Shown in pieces: positions 16,131-23,524 of a DNA stretch of 64,000 nucleotides (its first letter is position 1; every line of letters starts with the position of its first letter). The notes below the pieces were generated by a model. It made no database searches. It was not told the origin of the DNA and saw only the letters and a program-made list of their open reading frames with translations. This DNA comes from Verrucomicrobiota bacterium (lineage in GTDB: Bacteria > Verrucomicrobiota > Verrucomicrobiia > Limisphaerales > CANJSG01): positions 2,472 to 66,471 of the forward strand of contig JBBRDN010000001.1 in NCBI GenBank assembly GCA_038203875.1, read 5' to 3'. Both the position numbers and the translations under genes were made by a program.

Positions 16131-18440
16131 TCAGGGGGATGCTGACGGGGGTTTTCCGAAAAGAAGCCTCAGGCTGTTGAGCACGACGATGACGGTGCTG
16201 CCCTCGTGGCCGACAACGCCGAGGGTGAGCGGGACCGGCCCCAGCGTGGCTGCCACCGCGAGCACGACGACGGTGCCGAGCGAGATGACGAGATTCTGTT
16301 TGATGATCTTCTTCGCACGAAGGCTGAGCTGGTAGGCGGCCCAGAAGTTCTCGATTCGGTCGTGCATCAGGATGACCTCGGCCTGTTCCAGGGCGGCATC
16401 GGAGCCGCGTGCGCCCATGGCCACGCCGACATGTGCGGCGGCAAGGCTGGGGGCGTCGTTCACACCGTCGCCGATCATGGCGACCTTGTGGCCGGCCTGC
16501 GCCAGTTCGCGGATAGCGTCGACCTTCTGCCCGGGCTGGAGGCCGGCGCGGACTTCATCGACGGGAACAAGCTTCTGCAGCTGGCGCCCGGCGGATTCGC
16601 GGTCGCCCGTGAGCACGAGCGAACGGATGCCGGCTTTGCGGAGCCGTTCGATGACGGGCTTCGACTCGGGCCGGACTTCGTCGCGCAGGAGGACGCGGCC
16701 GCGAAGCTCCCCGGCTTTTAGCCAGACGACGGATAAGCCGGCATCGCTGTCGTCGGCGGACGGCGGACCAGCCGGATCGTTCTCGAAAACCCAGTCGTGT
16801 TTGCCGAGCCGCACGAGCTGGCCGTCGACCTTGGCTTCGACGCCATTACCGGCGACGGAGGTGATCTCGGTCGCTTCGGGCACGGCGATCCCGAGCTTTT
16901 TTCCGTGGCGCGTGATGGCGCGGGCGAGGGGATGATTCGAGTGGGCTTCGACGGCGAGCGTGGACCGGAGCACGTCGGCTTCGCGGCCGGCCGGATAACT
17001 TCCCACTGAAGCCACCGTGAGATCGCCTGTGGTGAGCGTGCCCGTCTTGTCGAGCGCGACAATGTCCACCTCGGCCAGCTTTTCCACCGCGCCGCCACCG
17101 CGAAATAGGACGCCGTGCCGCGCGCCCCATGCGATGGCCGCGAGGATGGCGGACGGGATCGAAAGCACGAGCGCGCAAGGCGACGCGACGACCAGCAGTG
17201 TCATCGCCCGGTAGAACGCACTTTTGGTCGAAGCCGTCGAATGGATCGGCGGCAGGTCGAGCGCCAGCCACCAGACGAAGAACATGACGGCCACAAAGCC
17301 GAGCGCGCCCAAGGTGTAGCCGCTGCCGAAGCGGTCGGTGAAGCGTTGGCTCGGGGCCTTGAGCTTCTGCGAATCGCGGATGAGCCGGATGATCTTCTCC
17401 AGCGAACTTTCCGATGCGGGTCTGAGCACACGCACGTCCACGGCACCCCAGAGATTCAACGTGCCGGCCATGACAGTGTCGCCGGCCGTTTTTTCGACGG
17501 GCGTGGCTTCGCCGGTCAGGTTGGATTCGTCGGCGGCGGTGCGGCCTTTCGTGACCTCCGCATCGACGGGGAACTGGCTGTCCGGCCGGATGCGGAGCAT
17601 CAGGTCCTTCACCAGCGATTCTACGGGGAACTCCTTTTCCGAGCCGTCTTGTTGGATGACCAGCGCCGTCTTCGGCGCCGCCTTGAAGAGCGATCGGATC
17701 TCGCGCTGGGTCCGGCCCATGGCGTAGTGCTCCATCGCGCCGGAAAACGAGAACAGGAAAAGCAGGGTCGCTCCCTCCGCCCATGCGCCGATCGACGCGC
17801 AGCCGGCAGCCACGGCGAGCATGAGGAAATGGACGTCGAGCACCTTCTTCCGCAGGAGCTCCCAGACCTCCTCCGCAGGTCCCCACGCCCCGCACAGATA
17901 GGCGCCGATGAAGGCGGCCAGACTCCAGGGCCCTTCGAGGACAAGGCCCCCGAGCAGGCCCAGCGCACCGCAGCCCAGGGCGAGCGCCAGCTGGATCTTC
18001 CATTCGTCGAGCGAATGGTCGTCATCCGGAACCTCCACTTCGCGGGGCTTGAACGTCGGGATCGGGAGATTTCGCCAATGCCAGAACGAGGGGGCCGTGG
18101 GACACGTGAGGCGCGACACCGTCAGCTTGCCGGCGGTGACGGAGGCGGTGGACTGCGGCAGGGTGGTGAACAATTCGGACTTGGGACAATCACCGCACGA
18201 GCCCTCGTTCCTCGCCAGCGGACAACCCGCCTCGGCCTCCTGGGCTGCGGCCACCGCCTTAAACAACGCATCCTGGACCTGGGAATTCGGTTTCCCAGAA
18301 AACGAGGCCAGCGCACCGGACCCTTCGCCCGGGTTCAAGGTGACCGCTTCAAGCGTCGGGTCCGAGGCGATCAGATCCGCCACGGACCGCGCCAGGCAAA
18401 GATCGCCGGCGCCGTTGGTGGTTGCGGTCTGTCTGCTCAT
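16131..18440 (-). CDS. Heavy-metal translocating P1B-type ATPase (SPC / HEGST subtype)
   Basis: DKTGTLT, GDGVNDAPSL, TM motif VVASPCAL and GHEGSTVIVVLNSLR. Cys-rich N-terminus (CPLARNEGSCGDCP). Confidence 0.9.
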   Translation of the reverse strand: MSRQTATTNGAGDLCLARSVADLIASDPTLEAVTLNPGEGSGALASFSGKPNSQVQDALFKAVAAAQEAEAGCPLARNEGSCGDCPKSELFTTLPQSTASVTAGKLTVSRLTCPTAPSFWHWRNLPIPTFKPREVEVPDDDHSLDEWKIQLALALGCGALGLLGGLVLEGPWSLAAFIGAYLCGAWGPAEEVWELLRKKVLDVHFLMLAVAAGCASIGAWAEGATLLFLFSFSGAMEHYAMGRTQREIRSLFKAAPKTALVIQQDGSEKEFPVESLVKDLMLRIRPDSQFPVDAEVTKGRTAADESNLTGEATPVEKTAGDTVMAGTLNLWGAVDVRVLRPASESSLEKIIRLIRDSQKLKAPSQRFTDRFGSGYTLGALGFVAVMFFVWWLALDLPPIHSTASTKSAFYRAMTLLVVASPCALVLSIPSAILAAIAWGARHGVLFRGGGAVEKLAEVDIVALDKTGTLTTGDLTVASVGSYPAGREADVLRSTLAVEAHSNHPLARAITRHGKKLGIAVPEATEITSVAGNGVEAKVDGQLVRLGKHDWVFENDPAGPPSADDSDAGLSVVWLKAGELRGRVLLRDEVRPESKPVIERLRKAGIRSLVLTGDRESAGRQLQKLVPVDEVRAGLQPGQKVDAIRELAQAGHKVAMIGDGVNDAPSLAAAHVGVAMGARGSDAALEQAEVILMHDRIENFWAAYQLSLRAKKIIKQNLVISLGTVVVLAVAATLGPVPLTLGVVGHEGSTVIVVLNSLRLLFGKPPSASP

Positions 18441-18623
18441 CAGGGACGAACACTTCCAGCGAACACGGGTTCGTTCCAGTGGGAAAGCTGCCGCGCGATT
18501 GGCGTGAGCCGGCCGTGGATTGCCTTGGGGACGGTCTTCCGCCGTTCTCCGGAGCGCACGGCTCGCACTTTGAGACGCGACGGGTCGGGCGGGCTCAACT
18601 CAACCAATGCGAACGAAGTTCGA

Positions 18624-19334
18624 TCAACACTTCGGCGACTTGCGCTTCTTGCCGATCGCGCTGCGGGCTTCGAACTTCTCGATACGTTCGGGCGCGAACG
18701 GAATCGTGCCGCAGTTCCCGATCTGCTCGACGGCGATCTTGCCGATGCCCTTGGCGGTGGCGACCGCGACTTGGTGGAGGGGTTTGACGTAGCAGGCGAT
18801 GGCGATGACGAAACTGTTCATCGCGTATTTGAGCCGATCAGGCTGCTGGTGGATCGACTTCGCCACGCGTTGCAGGTGCGACTTGATCTCGGCCAGGTCG
18901 AGGACCGCGTCCTCCTGGATTGCGACCATGCTGCTGTAGGTCTGCCAACCGGCGGAAGCGATGGTCGCGTCCTTCGATTCGATCCACTTCAAGGCCATCT
19001 CCCGGCCATGCGGGCCCGCGGACGCCACCCACGGGACCGTGAACTCGGCGACCCAGTCGCAGGTGGCGCCCTCGATCCACTTTTGAAGGTCCTTCCTGGT
19101 CATCTTCGCGTCGTCCGCGATCAGCCCGGCGAGATACATCACGTCGGCGATTCCGGTGTCGTAGAGATCCAGGGCGAGCTGGTAGTCTTTCTTCACCCGT
19201 TTCTGGATCTTCTTCAGGTCCTCGACCTTCATGCCGAGGCACGGCTCCTTGGCACCGCCGTTGTTCACCCAGTTCTTTTTGGCATGGGCGTTGGCTGCTT
19301 TCGTGAGTTCGGCGACAATGTCCTTGGCGTTCAT
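18624..19334 (-). CDS. HEAT-repeat protein, DNA alkylation repair (AlkD-like) family suspected
   Basis: 236 aa, all-helical. The pattern LALDLYDTGIADVMYLAGLIADD...WIEGATCDW resembles the DNA alkylation repair enzyme family. Assignment is by eye only. Confidence 0.55.
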   Translation of the reverse strand: MNAKDIVAELTKAANAHAKKNWVNNGGAKEPCLGMKVEDLKKIQKRVKKDYQLALDLYDTGIADVMYLAGLIADDAKMTRKDLQKWIEGATCDWVAEFTVPWVASAGPHGREMALKWIESKDATIASAGWQTYSSMVAIQEDAVLDLAEIKSHLQRVAKSIHQQPDRLKYAMNSFVIAIACYVKPLHQVAVATAKGIGKIAVEQIGNCGTIPFAPERIEKFEARSAIGKKRKSPKC

Positions 19335-19416
19335 TTTGGCTCTCCCTGAGGTTGCAGTGGTGTGGGTTTTTATCCGTGTGCTTTATGGAGTGGGCTGCTC
19401 AGGGCGCGCAAACGTG

Positions 19417-19509
19417 GTGTAACGGCCCAAGCTCAGCGACGGCGGCCACGAGTCGCGCCGCTTGCAACCCGGACGGGACGCCGCCATTCGCTCCAGCGCA
19501 TCGCTAGGT
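19417..19509 (-). repeat. attC-like site A (degenerate cores)
   Basis: The plus strand reads GTGTAAC...GCTAGGT. The arms pair imperfectly (GCTCAGCGACGGCGGCC / GGACGCCGCCATTCGCTCCAGC). It begins 5 nt after the cupin stop codon. Same length as site B, and it shares the blocks CCAAGCTCAGCGA, TTGCAACC and CAGCGCAT. Confidence 0.5.
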
Positions 19510-19514
19510 CTTGT

Positions 19515-19874
19515 TCACTTTGATTTGGCGTAGTCGATCATGCCTTGGAAATCGATGACCACAGCCGCTTCATCTCCAACCGTCCAAGCGTCGTGCCCTG
19601 AGGGCAGAAGCGACACATCGCCGGGTTTGCAGTCGAACCCTGTGCCATCATCCATCTGGATGTGGAGTATGCCCGAGACGTGATACTGGAAATGAGGTGC
19701 CTCACAACTCTTGGTCTTGGCGAGAGGCTGGAGAGATTCAGCCCATCTCCAACCTGGTTCAAATATACACCGTCCGATCGTCGCGCCGCCGATCGTGATG
19801 ATCTCTAGTCGGCCTTTCGGGAACTCGCGAATTTCGTCAGGAGCTCCGAAATGTTTTAGTTCTGCTGTGTCCAT
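19515..19874 (-). CDS. Cupin-domain protein (cassette ORF)
   Basis: 119 aa with a beta-rich cupin-like core (HFQYHVSGILHIQMDDGT...PGDVSLLPSGHDAW). AT-richer than the genome background. Confidence 0.75.
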   Translation of the reverse strand: MDTAELKHFGAPDEIREFPKGRLEIITIGGATIGRCIFEPGWRWAESLQPLAKTKSCEAPHFQYHVSGILHIQMDDGTGFDCKPGDVSLLPSGHDAWTVGDEAAVVIDFQGMIDYAKSK

Positions 19875-19930
19875 AATGATTGAGGTGCTATTGGAGTTTT
19901 GTTTTGCGGTTGAGAGAAAAAGTGGAAGAC

Positions 19931-20023
19931 GCCTAACGATCCAAGCTCAGCGAGCCGGCGCACGGGACGCGTGGATTGCAACCGGAGCGCGATGGCCGGG
20001 TCCGCTTCAGCGCATGGTTAGGT
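19931..20023 (-). repeat. attC-like site B
   Basis: The plus strand reads GCCTAAC...GTTAGGT, which is ACCTAAC...GTTAGGC on the ORF-sense strand. Both ends fit RYYYAAC / GTTRRRY. The imperfect inverted arms carry single-base bulges. It lies 13 nt after the stop of the Zn-ribbon ORF. Confidence 0.6.
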
Positions 20024-20036
20024 GCCATCGTATGTA

Positions 20037-20267
20037 TCACGGAATGTTGATCGGAATGATGGTGGAAGGCTGATCAATCGGGGTCGCCTCCTGGGCGAGT
20101 TGGCTCTGTTTCCGGCTCGCCTCCAACTCTGCCGTCTTCTTTTCGAGTGCGTCAGTCTCCGCGCCCGTGAAACGAAGCTCCTCAGGAATGAGCGCTCCGC
20201 AAAACCCGCACTTCGGCAACCTCCGGGTGTAGAGGGCTCGCTGGCAGTTTGGGCAGTGATGTTTCAT
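20037..20267 (-). CDS. Small zinc-ribbon protein (cassette ORF)
   Basis: 76 aa with CPNC...CGFC, followed by a coiled-coil-like tail. AT-richer composition. Confidence 0.55.
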   Translation of the reverse strand: MKHHCPNCQRALYTRRLPKCGFCGALIPEELRFTGAETDALEKKTAELEASRKQSQLAQEATPIDQPSTIIPINIP

Positions 20268-20280
20268 AGCGCGAAGTGCC

Positions 20281-20333
20281 GCCTAATATTGTTACCAAGC
20301 CGCACCCGGTGCAGCCCATCACAACGGTTGGCC
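20281..20333 (-). repeat. Possible short degenerate attC-like site C
   Basis: The ORF-sense strand reads GGCCAAC-CGTTGTGA...TGGTAACAAT-ATTAGGC, with one mismatch to each core consensus. It lies 14 nt upstream of the Zn-ribbon start. Confidence 0.3.
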
Positions 20334-20533
20334 AGCGGATGGTTTTCCGTTGGTCCTGAGATAAGGAGGTTTTCCCGTGTTTGCCAGCAACTTCATGCAG
20401 TTCACCACACAGGTGGAGGGGCTCCACTGGGGAAGCCGCTTCGGCGCCGACGTTCGGTCCTTCTCTTCCTCTTCGTCCTGCTCCTAGTCATGGGACGAGG
20501 ACGAGAAGGAGAACGACGAAGAGCATTGGGACT

Positions 20534-21862
20534 TCAGGCTTTCTCCGGAGGCGTCCATGTCCCCTCCGCCCTGGCCACGTAGGTGGCGGCGGTAAGGTCG
20601 CCTACGACGTTTACCGTCGTTCGGCACATGTCGAGGATGCGGTCCACGCCGAGGATGATGGCGATGAGGCCGGGGTCCACGCCGATGGTTCCCAGCACCA
20701 CGATGATGAATGGGATCGACGCCGCCGGAATGCCCGCCGTGCCGACGCTTCCGAGGATCGCGAGGTATGCCACCATGATCTGCTGGCCGAGCGAAAGGTC
20801 GACCCCGGCCAACTGCGCGAGGAAAAGCACCGTCACGCCCTCGTAGAGCGCGGTGCCGTTCTGGTTGGCCGTCGCACCGACGGTCAGGACGAAGCTGCTG
20901 ATGTCCTTCGGCAGCTTCAGATTTTCCTCGGCCACGCGGAGCGTCGTGGGAAGCGTTGCGTTCGAGGACGAGGTGGAGAAGGCGGTCAGCATGACCGTCT
21001 TGATGCGACGGAAGAAGTCCAGCGGCGACATGCCCGAGAGCCATTTCACCGCGATGGAGTAGACTACGAAGCAGTGCAGACCGAGGCCGAGGAGCACGGT
21101 GAACATGAAGGCCGCCAGAGCGCCCAACAGCTCGAAGCCGAAGCGCGCCGTGTTGGTGAAGATCAAGCAGGCCACCGCGACGGGCGCGATCTTCATGATG
21201 ATGTCGATCAGCTTGGCCGAGATGGATTGGAGCCCCTCCAACGCATCGATGAAGCCCCGCGTCTTCTCCTGCGGCAGCAGCGTGGTCGCGCCGCCCAGCA
21301 GCAGGGTGAAGATCATCAGGTGAAGCAGATTCGGCGTCTCAGTCGCGACGGAGGCGAGGGGGTTCGTGGGGATGAACGTCTTCACGACCTGCATGGCGGG
21401 CGAATCCACGGGGCCTGTCTGCTTCGTTGCAGCCACACGCTTCTCGGCGTCGCCGGCGAACTTGGCCTGCAGTTCCTTTTTCACGTCGTCGCTGATGCGT
21501 TTGCCCGGCTGGATGACGTTCGTCGCCAGGATGCCGATGGCGACGGAGATCGCGGAGATGATCGCGCAGTAGGCCAGGCACCGGATGCCCACGCGGCCCA
21601 GCTTGCGCACGTCGCCGAAGCCCGCGACGCCGACGATGAGCGAGGAGAAGACGAGCGGAATGACCGTCAGCAGGAGCAGCCGGAGGAAAAGGGTGCCGGC
21701 GGGTTCGGTGACGTTCTCGATCGTCCACCGGACGTGGGGATGATCGCCGCCGAGGATCCTGTTGGCCAGAAGCCCTCCGACGGCTCCGACGACGAGTCCC
21801 CAGATGATCGCGGTGTGGGCGCCCTTCTTCGGGCGGTTTTGCGGAGCATGCGCCTCGGCCAT
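20534..21862 (-). CDS. Dicarboxylate/amino acid:cation symporter (DAACS family)
   Basis: FSTSSSNATLPTT and VGATANQNGTALYEG motifs. The start is chosen at MAEAHAPQNRPKK, because the longer ORF start overlaps the divergent gene. Confidence 0.9.
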   Translation of the reverse strand: MAEAHAPQNRPKKGAHTAIIWGLVVGAVGGLLANRILGGDHPHVRWTIENVTEPAGTLFLRLLLLTVIPLVFSSLIVGVAGFGDVRKLGRVGIRCLAYCAIISAISVAIGILATNVIQPGKRISDDVKKELQAKFAGDAEKRVAATKQTGPVDSPAMQVVKTFIPTNPLASVATETPNLLHLMIFTLLLGGATTLLPQEKTRGFIDALEGLQSISAKLIDIIMKIAPVAVACLIFTNTARFGFELLGALAAFMFTVLLGLGLHCFVVYSIAVKWLSGMSPLDFFRRIKTVMLTAFSTSSSNATLPTTLRVAEENLKLPKDISSFVLTVGATANQNGTALYEGVTVLFLAQLAGVDLSLGQQIMVAYLAILGSVGTAGIPAASIPFIIVVLGTIGVDPGLIAIILGVDRILDMCRTTVNVVGDLTAATYVARAEGTWTPPEKA

Positions 21863-21947
21863 GGGGCGGGACGCTAGCGGCCGATCCCGGGCCCGCCAAG
21901 ACTTGCCGCTCCTTGACCCTAAGAAACGGTTCCGCAAAGTCGCCGCG

Positions 21948-22565
21948 ATGGAAGATTCCACCCAGTCCGCCTCGCGGCGCCGTCAACGCGCCCTCGTCGC
22001 CGCGCTCGTCATCGCCGGGTTTGCCGGTCTCGCGGCGGGCTTTGCAGCGGCGTCGCTCAAGGTCGAGACCGCGCCCAAGTTTGGATCCTTCTGGCTGCTG
22101 CTCGGGGCAAGCTTGTTCACGACGGTGTTGACGATTTCTCGCCTGCCGGTGTTCCGCAGCAGCGCGACCGCACTGTCGCCGATGTTCCGGCGTTCGGTGG
22201 CCGCGATGGTGCCCGTGATGCTGGTGGGACTGTTCTTCGGGTGGTTCGTGTCGCGTGGACCGTTCAACGCGGCCGGCATGATTGTCCTGTCAGGCCTTTG
22301 GATGATGCTTCTCGGGTGCGGTTGGCTGGCGAACGCGGCTTTCCTGCCGGGAGGCGTCGCGTGGCTCGGCTGGATGATGCTGGTGCTCGGTGCGGGTGCG
22401 GCCACTTTGGGCCACGCCGGACCGGTCGATGTCTCGTGGCGTGTGGCGAACCTCGTGGTGGGTCTTGGCTTCGGCATCCCGCATCTCCTCGCGGCAATGT
22501 TTGTCCTGAAGCTCTCCGGCAAAGACAAACCGCAGCCAAAGCAGTTCGCGCCGAAAGCGGACTGA
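21948..22565 (+). CDS. Integral membrane protein, function unknown
   Basis: Starts at MEDSTQSASRRRQRALVAALVIAGF, followed by about 6 hydrophobic helices. Confidence 0.55.
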   Translation: MEDSTQSASRRRQRALVAALVIAGFAGLAAGFAAASLKVETAPKFGSFWLLLGASLFTTVLTISRLPVFRSSATALSPMFRRSVAAMVPVMLVGLFFGWFVSRGPFNAAGMIVLSGLWMMLLGCGWLANAAFLPGGVAWLGWMMLVLGAGAATLGHAGPVDVSWRVANLVVGLGFGIPHLLAAMFVLKLSGKDKPQPKQFAPKAD

Positions 22566-22584
22566 CCACGGCCCAACTTCGTCT

Positions 22585-23469
22585 TCAGTGCTTGGTGCCC
22601 TTCGCGGTGAGGAAGACCGCGGCGAGGATGAGGACGCCGCCGATGGTTCGCTGAAGCATCGCCCGGCCACCGGCGGCATGGCGTTCGGTGTTCTTGAGGC
22701 GGTGGCCGATGAACCAGACGAAGGCGATGCTGAGCAGGCCGCGCGTGGAGTAGACCACGTTGGCTCCCGCGGCGTCCTTCCAGATGCCGATGCTTCCCGT
22801 GATGAGGATCGCCTGGATGCCGGACATCCCGACTCCGAAGCCGAGCCACTTCCAAGCCGCCGCAGGAGCGCGCAGTCCGGAACGCCCGAAGAACGCCAGG
22901 CCCACCAGCGAAAACAAACCCATCGACGTGAAAAGGAGCGCGAGGAAGTTCCAGACGCCGAAGCGTGAGGCCCACATCTGGATCAGCACGTCCGTCAACG
23001 CAAAGGCGCCCGCGCAGCCCAGCGCCAGCGCCGTCGTGAGACCGAGGCTCCGGCCGGGGCGAAGATCGGTGAAGCCCATCACCAGCACGCCGGCGGTCGT
23101 CAGGCCGGCGGCGGCCCATTGAGAAACGGTCAACGGTTCGCGGAAGACAATCCACAGGATCAGCGCGACGAAGGTCACCTTGGAACCCAGGAGCGCCGTC
23201 GCAACGGATACATCGCCCACGCGGAGGGAGGCGACGTTCATCAAATGCCCCAGGGCAAACGGCACGGCCGCGATCACGGGCAGATACCAGAGTTCCCATG
23301 GCACCGGCTTGGAATCGACGAAGATCAACGGAAGGAACAGGAGCCCGAGCACGACGTTGTTCACCACCACCGCATGGACGACGCCCGCGCCTTCGGCATA
23401 GGCGCGCTTGTAGATGAGCGACCCCAGCGCGAAGGAGATCGCGGCGAGAAAAGGCAGCAGCAGATACAT
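22585..23469 (-). CDS. EamA/DMT-family transporter
   Basis: 294 aa with ten TM-like segments and a duplicated EamA-like organisation. Confidence 0.8.
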   Translation of the reverse strand: MYLLLPFLAAISFALGSLIYKRAYAEGAGVVHAVVVNNVVLGLLFLPLIFVDSKPVPWELWYLPVIAAVPFALGHLMNVASLRVGDVSVATALLGSKVTFVALILWIVFREPLTVSQWAAAGLTTAGVLVMGFTDLRPGRSLGLTTALALGCAGAFALTDVLIQMWASRFGVWNFLALLFTSMGLFSLVGLAFFGRSGLRAPAAAWKWLGFGVGMSGIQAILITGSIGIWKDAAGANVVYSTRGLLSIAFVWFIGHRLKNTERHAAGGRAMLQRTIGGVLILAAVFLTAKGTKH

Positions 23470-23524
23470 CGGAACGGCGCAAACTGAGCGGCGGGCGGGC
23501 CGTTAGGTCAACGCCAAGGCCTTC

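Larger units (their letters stand above)
19417..20333 (-). mobile_element. Integrase-less cluster of attC-like sites with two small gene cassettes (CALIN-like)
   Basis: Two 93-nt homologous imperfect palindromes with RYYYAAC/GTTRRRY-type ends, plus a degenerate 53-nt one. Each directly follows or precedes a small AT-richer minus-strand ORF. See finding. Confidence 0.5.

Noticed and set aside
20377-20487. A 36-codon ORF (GTG start) preceded by a perfect AAGGAGG (20363..20369), between attC-like site C and the symporter gene.
   Set aside because: It is too short, has no recognisable motif and is Ser-rich and low-complexity at its end. Other genes in this window mostly lack strong Shine-Dalgarno sequences, so the match may be fortuitous. 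It cannot be supported from sequence alone.
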